21,222 nucleotides of DNA from Candidatus Vampirococcus lugosii (GTDB lineage: Bacteria > Patescibacteriota > Gracilibacteria > Absconditabacterales > Absconditicoccaceae). A program made the translations under genes and the position numbers. Of the stretch, positions 7,701-17,767 are shown piece by piece; position 1 is the first letter of the stretch, and the number at the start of each line of letters is the position of its first letter. The DNA lies in the NCBI RefSeq assembly GCF_018420025.1, contig NZ_JAEDAM010000010.1, positions 1 through 21,222 on the forward strand, given 5' to 3'. Under the pieces are notes generated by a model. The model was not told the origin of the DNA and ran no database searches. It saw nothing but the letters and a program-made list of their open reading frames with translations.

Positions 7701-10700
7701 GGAACAAGAATTAATTGAAAGTTATGGTTTAAAAATTACTGATGAAAAATTTTATGATGATAGTTTGATGCATTGGAATACATTGGTAAATGAAAATGTT
7801 ATGGAAATTGATTTGGATGATGATTTATGTAAAAGGGATATTAATGCATTACAAAAATATATGAATCTAATTGATTCAGATAGTTATTGAACTAGAAATC
7901 AAATACAAAATATGATTAATTCTGAAAAAGATCTTACTAGTAATTTGAGTTATTATGATTTTGGTGTTTTTGATAATTTTAGGAAACAATTTGATATTCA
8001 AAATCAAATGTCTAAACTTTATATGATTGCTCAAGATGAATGAGAAACAGAATTTTTGAGAAATATTGAATATTGTCTTCCAATATCAAATAGCTTTAAT
8101 CATACTATTTGTGAAAAAAGTGAATCTGAATTAGAATCTTTATTTGAACAATATATTGATGATTGACAGTTTAATTTGGCATTAGAAGTAGCTTTTTGTG
8201 AATATGATGAAGATATTTGTGATGAAAATAAATCTTTTGAAGAATTGATGCAAGATTTTGATGAATATGTAGAAAATGAAGAAAATGAAGATGCTATTGA
8301 AGTTGTATCTTGTACTTATGATGAAGATTTTTGTGATGAATATACTGATGAAGAAATTGAAGAAAATATGAAAAATCTTGCAAGTCAAGATGATGAAAGA
8401 CTTTATTCAAAATTTTTGGCATGTAAAACTTATTTTGACCACTATGATATATCTGGTATGTTTGGTGATAATTTTTTGGATGAAATAAAATATGAAATGT
8501 TGTCAAATGAATTTTTACCGATGTATTATAATCAATGGGATGATGATTTTGTGTATTATATTAAATCAAAAAGAGCTTGATTAGATGATGTAGATGAAAT
8601 TGAATTTTATAAAAATTTTGAAGCTGAAAATGAAGATATACAAGCTTGAGATGAAATAACTGTAAATATAAATATAGTAAATAAATCAAATAAAACAATT
8701 AAAGCCACATATTTGGAAAATTTGATGTGACCTTGGTCTATACTTAGACAAGAAGATGATAGTATATATTGATTTGATTTATGAGCTTTAAATGATGATG
8801 TTGTTATAAAACGGAATAATATACAACCATATCAATTTCAAATTGATAATATAAGTTTAAATCCTTGAGAAACTAAAACTTTTTCATTTCCAGTTATTTA
8901 TCAATGATTTGATTCTTTAAATGTAGAATTAGATACTATATGAAGTAATTGATGAAATTGATGATGATGAAATTGATGATGATGAAATTGATGATGATGA
9001 AATTGATGATGATGAAATTGATGATGATGAAATTGATGATGATGAAATTGATGATGATGAAATTGATGATGATGAAATTGATGATGATGAAATTGATGAT
9101 GATGAAATTGAGGAAATTCAAATCCTAGTCTTAAAGTTTATTCAGATGATCAGTGTATGCAATGATATGATTTACATACTAATTCATGATGATGATTTTC
9201 TTCTGAATTTGTAAATACTGGTCAAGAATACGAAGATTGGTTAACTGAACAAGAAGAGCTTGCACAAGAAGTTTATGATGAAATGGAAGAAAAAATGCAA
9301 GAAATTAAAGATTCTGGTGATCTTGATAATTTTGATTATATAGAGTCAATGAACTCTCGGTCAACTAAAAATGTTTTAAATTCTGATAATCAAATTAATA
9401 TTGATATTTTTGAATGAAGTTTATCCGATAAGTGGAGTGATTATGAAACTATAGTTGATGGTTTATGTGGTTGATATGATTTTTCAGATTCTAGTTGTGG
9501 TTTAAATATTCCTATAAATAGGGCATTTTTTGCACCTTGATTTTATCAATCTTTTGTTTGTGTGCCATTGCTTGATAGATGACTACCAGTTTTTTGGCGG
9601 CCAGGTACAGCACGGAAGAGTTGAACTCCAGTTCCAGTTCCTAATGGAGCACAAAGTTTAGATGATCCTATACCAACTTGATGAGTTTATCCGTCTGCTG
9701 TTAGATTTTATGTTTCACCAACTTTGACAGGTAGTTTATGATTTGCTATTTGTGTATGATCATATACAGCTTGAATGACTATTCCGCCTCCTATGTGAGT
9801 TGTTTCTTGAAATTGTGTTGTTACAGCAATTAGTTTACCTTTATCTTGTGATAATGATGAATGAAATTGATGATGACAAGATCCAGATTGAAATCCATCA
9901 GATGCAGTTGTTGCAGATTGGCAATTTGATATGTACAAAAATGGTCAATGTAATGAAGATTTTTGACATTGAGATAGAAAAACATCACCAGCAAGTATAT
10001 GATCTACAAAAAACAATATTCCATGAGATTTATCATGAGAATATCTTTGATGACTTATTAATTTTGAGACAAAACCTAATAATGTTAATTTATCAAGTAT
10101 GGCGGATAATATTGGTTTGGACACTACTGAAATTAAATGAAAATGATGATTTACTTTAAAAATAGAATGATGATCCGTTAGAGGAATTATTCAATGTATT
10201 ATTGAAAAATGGATAGATAAACAAATAAGATATATTATAAATAATCTTACACAGATGACTATCTATATTTATTTACCTGATCTTAGTCAAGTAAGTGAAT
10301 GATTTGAAAAAGTTAATATTGAAAATTTTACAAATATTATTAGTGATGTTAATAATAGAATTGATTGATTATTAAATTCTATGTCTAATCCAGAATCTCC
10401 TATTGATTATTTACCATCTCAAGAAGTATATAGAAATTTATCTCAAACTGCTAGCAATCCTTTTGATGCTATATCTACTTTATTTAATGATATACCACTT
10501 ATTAATTTTGAAACAAGGAATATTTCTATACAAGTTCCTATGATATCATCTGAAGAAATTGAAAGATATCTTACTTATCTTAATTGACGGTTGGATAGAA
10601 ATAAATGAATAGTAGAAGAATGGACTAATATAACTGATAATGTTTCTATATGAGTCGATGCTAATGAACTTATAAATTCAGTAGAGAAAAATATAAAAAC

Positions 10701-13700
10701 TTTACAAGAATATAAAGATTTCCCAGCAAAATTATATGATTATATTCATATAATAGATAGATATCTTGCAGAATTAAGTTGTATAATAGAGACTTTTATA
10801 AATTGAATTGTTAATCGGCTTGAACAAAATGCAGCAAGATTTGAATCTTGGGTAGATTTTATTATTTTAATGATTGCTGTGATAGAAACTTGGCAAGTTT
10901 TGATTGATTTTTCTGTAAATTGGAGACAAAAATGTGCAGAATGTAGAGTAGATACTTATGACTTTTATTCTTGTGCATTAGGTTTGTTATGTATAGATTT
11001 ACCAATATTGCCTATACCTCCATTTAGACTTCCAGACATTATAATTGATTTATCTCATATTGATTTATCTGTAGATGTTTTATTACCAAGATTTAGATTT
11101 GAACCTATATCTGTTCCTTTACCAGAAATTCCAGATATTCCAAGACCTCCATCTGCTAATTTAGATGTAATTTTACCTAGTATACCAGAATTACCAGAAC
11201 TTCCTGAATTACCAGAAATACCTTCTTTTTTACCTACTATAGAAATAGAATTACCTTTATTGCCTCCAGCTCCTAAAATTCCTGAAATTCTTCCTCAGAT
11301 TGAAGTTATTGTTGATATTGCAGAATTTATATGAGAATTGTTATGTATTATTAAAGCATGAATTGGTATGGTTGCTGAATGGAATGTTAAAACTAGAATT
11401 GAGCAACTTACACAGAGAACAACTAGGGTTGATCCTTTTGATTCTTTAAAAACTACATTTCCAGATCCTCCATTGAAAGGTTTTGATATAAGAATTGATA
11501 GTTTTGTTCAATTACAATTTGAATTTGAAGAAATATATAATTTTGCAAAAGATTTAGCTGATCAAATAAATGAGCAAACTAATAAGCTTTGAGAATCTGT
11601 TCAAAAAAATAAAATTGAATTTGAATGATTTGAATGACTTGATGATTATGATAAAACTATTGATTTGAATTCTTATAATATAAATAAACCTGATATAAGA
11701 GAACAAGATAATTTATTTGCATTTGATGAAAGCTCATATGATTGAAGTATTCCTTATAAAAAAGCTTTTTCTTCGTTGAGAAGTTGACTTATGTATTTTT
11801 ATGAACAATGATATAACCTTGAAGCAACTCAAAAATCTAAAGATATAATTGATATGCTTGATACTGATACTTGAGTTAAACCAAATTATAAATGATTTGA
11901 TAAATTACAAAGTTCTTTTGATGAAGTGATTGAAAATGAATATGATTATTATGAAGATATTCTTTCACAAGTTTCTGATTGGGATTCATTTATTCAATCT
12001 TTAGATTCAAATCTTTTGATAAATAATTCTTATGAAAAAAATTATTCATTATGAGTAAATTTGTTTGATTGAAATCAAGATATAGTTGATAAAATATCTT
12101 CTCAAAAAAATCCTAAAGCTGAATATTTGGATATGAATATGCAAATAGTAGATGGTATGCAAAATGCTTTGGCAAATAATACTCCAGAAAGTTTAAATAT
12201 GGACTCCAAAACATATAAAAAAACTAATATGTATCTATCATCACTTAGTGAAAATATAAAACAAGTGAGACCACATTTTGAAGATGATATTCCTTTATCA
12301 AATTGAAATTCTGCTCCACAAAATAATGAATCAAATTCTAGATTAAATCTATGAGATTCATGAGTGGAAAGTGTAGATCCTAGTCAATATATGAAATGAT
12401 TTTTTGTTCAATGAAATGATTGAAAATATCATAATGTTGTAAAATGGAAAGAAAAAGGTGATGAAATATTTAAAAATTGAAATTATAAATTTGTTGATAT
12501 AAATGCTGATTGATGAAAAGATATTATTTTATGGGATGATAGTAATGTTTATATTAAATATTATGATCAAGAAGATTTTCATAATGAATGAAATCCTAAT
12601 TATAATACTGATCTTTATGAAACATTTTCAAATTTTAATACAGTTGATATTCTTAAAGCAAGAACTAATGACGATTGATATCGTGAAATAAACTGAAAAC
12701 TTTATAAAATTTGGTCAGATGAATATTGAATAAATAATTTTAAGAGAAGTTGACAGACATTACATAATGTTAGTTTTGAATGGGATTCATATGATAATGC
12801 AGATTGATATCTATTAAAATTTACTCAAAGAGTAGATTTGTTCCATGAAAAATATGACTTTTCTTCTGATAGTTTTGAAGAAAAATATGTTCTTTTGCAT
12901 CCTGATTCAGATTTGAATGAACTTAATATAAATGATAAATGAAATTTAAATTGAAATATTAATGAAATTATTGAAAATAATGAAATAGTTATGAATAGAA
13001 CTTTTAAATCAGATTCAAAAAAATTGAGTATTACTTTGGATAATAATGCAGTTGATGATAGATGGAATTATATAAAGATTATACCTTTAAATTTGGATTG
13101 AAATCAATTAAGTAAATCTTGACCTCGGGTAAATCAAGAAGTTTGATGAGTTCAAATACGGTCAGATATAACTTCTCCTTCATTATCTCCTAATATGTAT
13201 AAATCTGAAGAATCAATTTCATCATTAGATGATATGCAAGATCAAGAATTAATATCTAATTGAAATTTTATGGTTTGATATATAAATACTAATTATGATT
13301 TAGTATTTGATTGGGAAGATGATTGAAATATAAATTCTATGTCTATATCTAGTGAATGAAAATCTTATTCAAGTTCTTGAGCTTGAGATAATTGAATATT
13401 TTGAAAAAATGTAATATTTGATGAAGAAAATAATGCTATAATTATATCAGATTTATTTATAGATCAAGAAAAAACTATAAATTATAATATTTGATCTGTA
13501 GATTCTGCTTGAAATATTTCAAATAGAAATTTACAAGTTAAAATAAAAGTTCCAAGTATTAAAATTGATTCTGTAGAATCAGATTGAACTGCTATTGAAG
13601 TAATGGGTAGTTTATCAAATAGTATTGATGAATGAAAAGTTGGAATACAAGTAAATAGAAATTGAGTATGGCAAGATATTGAATCTAGTCCAGATTGAAA

Positions 13701-14205
13701 TTATTTATTTGATTTGGATGAAAATTGAAAAACATATAATGCTTGAAATTTTGTTCAATCAGAACTTATATGAATGTATCATAATGAAGAAAAAATATGA
13801 AATATTGATATAGAAAATGCTAATATTAAAATATTTGATGAGTTTGAAGATGATTATGAAACTTGAATTCATTTTAGAAATTCTGTCCCTACTATTTTTA
13901 TAAAAAATGATAATTCAGAAATATTTAATATTGTATTACCTATATCCGATTTGATTGATGTAGAAACAACTAGTTGAGATTATGAAATTAATCAATTGTC
14001 AGCTCTATATTCATGTGTTTATAGTAAACAAAATAATGATTGTGTTATTTATTATGATATTAATTGAAGAGTTGTATCAAATTCAGATTATTATATTACT
14101 TGAGAATATAATTTAAAATCTAATGGACAAATTGAATATTATATATATAATAATGAATGAACTAAAATAGTTAACTTTTTATTAGAATTATGAGATTTTA
14201 AATAA
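1714..14205 (+). CDS. Giant acidic exported/cell-surface protein (main body, about 4,160 codons) with FG-GAP/VCBS repeats, a poly(NGGGG) linker and a Pro-rich module; function unknown
   Basis: Line-by-line hand translation shows frame 1 (position mod 3 = 1) has no TAA or TAG from 1675 to TAA 14203-14205. By extrapolation from hand-counted lines it contains a few hundred TGA codons. The six frame-1 pieces in the supplied ORF track (3685, 7699, 8176, 10381, 10870, 11368) are collinear fragments of it. The first in-frame ATG is 1714 (others at 1738 and 1744), but the real N-terminus is probably 1266 in the upstream frame. Joined length is about 4,312 aa. Confidence 0.85.
1761..1767 (+). other. 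T7 homopolymer at the frame change between the two pieces of the giant gene
   Basis: Removing one T turns tga ttt ttt tgt aaa taa into tga ttt ttt gta aat aat tga, which joins frame 0 to the 12.5-kb frame-1 ORF without a stop. Confidence 0.6.
8947..9111 (+). repeat. Perfect 15-bp tandem repeat (aattgatgatgatga)x10 with partial units at both ends, encoding (NGGGG)n
   Basis: There are 10 exact units at 8956-9105, with partial units at 8947-8955 and 9106-9111. In frame the tract reads G S N G G (N G G G G)x10 N G G N S. Confidence 0.95.
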
Positions 14206-14235
14206 AAATATTTTAAATATTAATATAAATTATTT

Positions 14236-15036
14236 ATGAAAAAATATATATTATTTTGATTAGTATTTATTTTTGGAACTAATTTAACTTGGTGAGCTCT
14301 TTCTATTCCTTATGATTGTTGAGTTGTAAATCAAGAAAAAGATAGATATATGGAAATGTTTGAATCATTAGATAATGATATTTTATCAGAAGCTGAATTG
14401 GAACTTGCTTATGATAATCTTAAAGATTTTTGTTGTTCCAAATCTTATCTTGAAGATGATTGCGATTCTTGAGAGAGTAAAAAGTATCCTGAATCTCCTT
14501 ATTTATATGATCATATTGTAGATATATGATTTAGAAAACTTGATTGAGAAGAAGAACTTTTGTATGATTGAGTTGAACTTGATGAAAAATGACAAGAACG
14601 AAGAGAAGAAATAAGAGAATTGGCAAATAGTGAAGATATTGTCTCTCCACAAGTTATTAATAATACATTTGATCAATATTGGGATGTATGATGAAGTGAT
14701 TGAATGTATAGAAAATATCAATTACTTTGTAAAGAATCTTGACTTGTTCAAACTAAAGTATTTAGTATTTTTTCAGATGATACATCAGTTTCTGAACTTA
14801 CTAATGCATGTAATTGAATGTTGCAAGATCGTGTAGATAGAGAACTTACTTATGTTAAGTCTTTGATGAATGTTAGATGAGATCATTTTATGACTACTAA
14901 TTTGATAAATTACACAGATAAATATTTTGCAAGAAATAGATGAATAAGTTTATTGGAAAAGCTTGTACATTTTGAAGCACTATTATTACAAGTTACAAAA
15001 AAAGTTAATGAATGAACTCCTCAATGTTCTGGTTAA
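14236..15036 (+). CDS. Secreted Cys-containing protein of unknown function (266 aa)
   Basis: Frame 1 runs ATG 14236 to TAA 15034-15036 with TGA as Gly, checked codon by codon. The N-terminus MKKYILFGLVFIFGTNLTWG/ALS looks like a Sec signal peptide. The gene starts 30 nt after the giant-gene stop. I recognise no family. Confidence 0.75.
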
Positions 15037-15064
15037 ATTATTTATTTTGATTATATTTTAGTAT

Positions 15065-16471
15065 ATGAAAAAATTTATATTATTATTAATAATACTATAT
15101 AATATTACTATAAATAATATTTATGCATCTGATGAAGCATGTTTCAATACTCATCCAGAAATTAATGAATATATTGATTCTATGAGAGAAGTTATAAATA
15201 GTATTGAATGAAAAGATTTTTCTTCAGAAGAATTGTGATGAGATAGTATATCACAGTTTGGGCAAGGATTTTCAGATGTTAGTAGACAACTTTTAAGATG
15301 AACATATATGTCAGCTATTGTTATGAAAAACATAACTTTGGATGCTGTTTGATGACAATCATTTACAAATTTAAAAATGATTTTTAATTCGGGAGTTGCT
15401 ATTAGAGATTGGAAATTACTTTTGTATTTGGAAAGAGATCTTTCAGATAAAGCACCAAAAATTTGATATGCATGAATTCTTGGAGAAAAAATTAAAAAAG
15501 ATGAATATGAACAATATCAAGAAATTTTGGAAGAGATATATATTATTGATAAAATATCGTGATGGGACCAGAATATTACTTATTCTGATCTTTTACAATT
15601 TATTTGGAAATTTAATACTTTTTATAAAGAAATATATTTGGATGCAGTAGGACATAATAAACCAGATTTTAGCTTGGAAGAAATGGCAAATAAATTATTT
15701 AGAACTACAAAACTTAAAGTAGCAGAAATAAATAATGATGAATATCAAGAATTTAAAGAATATTATAGATTAGCAGTAGGATCAGATAATATTTGTGAAG
15801 ATAATTATTCAGAAAAGTTTTTGGAAAATATACAAAAAATTACTTGAAATTCTGCATTTGATTGATGATCAGCTTTGGATAAATTTTCAGAATCTTGGCT
15901 TTTACTTCAAGAAGTATTGAATGATGTTAGAAGTTCTTGAGAATTAAGTAGAGAATATGAAGAAAGAAAAGAAAAATTACTTAAAAGACATTATGGAACA
16001 ACTTTGGCAAATGATTTAATGTCTTATGAATGAACTTGGTGAGTTGGTATGACTAGAGATACTATTAAAAATGAAGTTTTGGATCCATTAGTTTCTTTTG
16101 TAGATAAATTGGAATATGTATCAAAAACTACCGAAGCAACGGATGAAGTTACTAAAGAACAAGTTGAGGAAAGTTTACAAAATAAACAATCTCGTGCAGT
16201 TGCAAAAGAAGCTTTTAGTGCTGAAATGACAAATACTTTTGATACAATATTAAGTATGCAACAAGAACAATTTGTTGAATCTACATTACAAGATCCTAGA
16301 CCAATTACTCATGAAATTCCGTTTTTAAGTAAAAGAGTTTATGAATGAGTAAAAGTTTTATGAGATAGATGAAATGCTGATACTATCATTTATAATCTAG
16401 GTAATGCATGTCAATATCAATGTGTAAATCATTGAAATCCTTATTCTGATTGTTGGTATGATAATAAATAA
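15065..16471 (+). CDS. Secreted protein of unknown function (468 aa)
   Basis: The mod 3 = 2 frame runs ATG 15065 to TAA 16469-16471, checked codon by codon. It contains the track ORFs 15638 and 16049. The signal peptide is MKKFILLLIILYNITINNIYA/SDEAC and the C-terminus is Cys-rich (NACQYQCVNHGNPYSDCWYDNK). The gap to the previous gene is 28 nt. Confidence 0.78.
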
Positions 16472-16499
16472 GTTATTTATTTTAAAAATAAAAATAAAA

Positions 16500-17741
16500 A
16501 TGATAAATAATTTCTTTAAAAAATTTTATGAAAAATATTTTAGTTATGTATTTTGGTGATTATTATTAGTTTTTGTAGTAATATTTTTTGTATTATTTTT
16601 TAATAAAGAAAATATTACAAATGATGAAAAAGTTGTTGCTCAATGAGATGACTCTAATATAAAATCTCATGATTTTGTAAATATTTTAAATAAAAATTTA
16701 GCGGATAAACAAATTACTAATAAGAAATGACTTATAGAAAATTACTGTAATACTATATTTAGTGATGAGCTTGAACTTATTGATTGATTTCAAAATATGA
16801 CTTTTTATTATACTCCTAAAAAATCTATTTTTTTACATGCATTATGTTCTCATTTGGAAGATTTTGATGAATCAAAATTTGATGAAACTTTTTTGAATTA
16901 TATTAATGATTGATATTTGGATGATATTTTGGACGAACCAGCTTGTGAATATGATGAAGAAAATGATATGAGTTGATGTAGATTTTCTTATTTTTTGCCA
17001 AAAATATTTTGAAATATTATAAATGAAGTATCAAATGTAAAATTAGCTAGTATATTAGGTATTTCTGATGAAGATATAGATGATTCAATTGAAGAATTTT
17101 CAAATATTTATTTTTGAGAATCTGAAGATATAGGCTGTGATGGTAAATATTATTTATATAATCAAGATATTGATGATTTGGAAACTATGCATTGTCAACA
17201 TCCAGATACTTATGAATATTTTTCCAAATATTTACAAGAGATATTGGAACTATTAACTTCTTCAAAAATATTAAATCCTTTTGAAATAATTGAAGCAGAA
17301 GTTGAAAATGAAGAATGTCAATTAAATTTTGATTCTGATTTAATTGTTTGTTCTTTACTTACTAATGATTATCAACGGGAAAATTTAAAAAATTTATTAT
17401 TGAATGAATTAATGTTTTATAATTTATTTATTACATATTTTCTTCAAAATTGAGATAATTCTTCTGTTACAGAATTTAAAGTTTGAGCAAATATAAGTGA
17501 TAATATTAAAGATTTATGAGCAGAAATAAAAGCTCTTGAAAATGAAATCTCAGTTTCTCAAGAATCTATAAATAGAACATGGGATATGTTGCAAAATATT
17601 TATTTTACTTTCCCAACTCATATTTGATTTATGGCTTATAGAGAAGATTTAATAAGATTTAGAAATGAATTTGCAAAAGTTTATACTCCTATTCATCAAA
17701 TGTATTCTAGATTTAGGAATGTTCAAGATACTAGAAGATAA
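16500..17741 (+). CDS. Signal-anchored (type II-like) acidic Cys-containing protein of unknown function (413 aa)
   Basis: The mod 3 = 0 frame runs ATG 16500 to TAA 17739-17741, checked codon by codon. It contains track ORF 17178. The N-terminus MINNFFKKFYEKYFSYVFWGLLLVFVVIFFVLFFNKEN provides one TM helix. The gap to the previous gene is 28 nt. Confidence 0.78.
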
Positions 17742-17767
17742 GTTTTTTATTATATAAATTAATAATT

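Noticed and set aside
8936-9121. The 15-bp tandem array considered as a CRISPR array or other non-coding satellite, and the minus-strand track ORF MNFLNFIIINFIIIN... as a gene
   Set aside because: The units are contiguous with no spacers and are only 15 bp long, so this is not a CRISPR array. The array lies in frame inside the giant ORF. The minus-strand ORF is simply the antisense reading of the repeat.
4727-12691. Plus-strand track ORFs in the mod 3 = 2 frame (4727, 6917, 9800 and 12503) with Met/Ile/Leu/Gln-rich low-complexity translations
   Set aside because: They are off-frame readings of the giant gene. They are short, compositionally degenerate, and interrupted by TAA/TAG on both sides.
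1266-14205. Standard-code interpretation: a gene desert or heavily degraded pseudogene region with only short ORFs
   Set aside because: One frame has no TAA or TAG for 12.5 kb while the other frames are full of them. The translation contains coherent motifs (signal anchor, FG-GAP loops, Cys patterns). That is not expected from decayed sequence.
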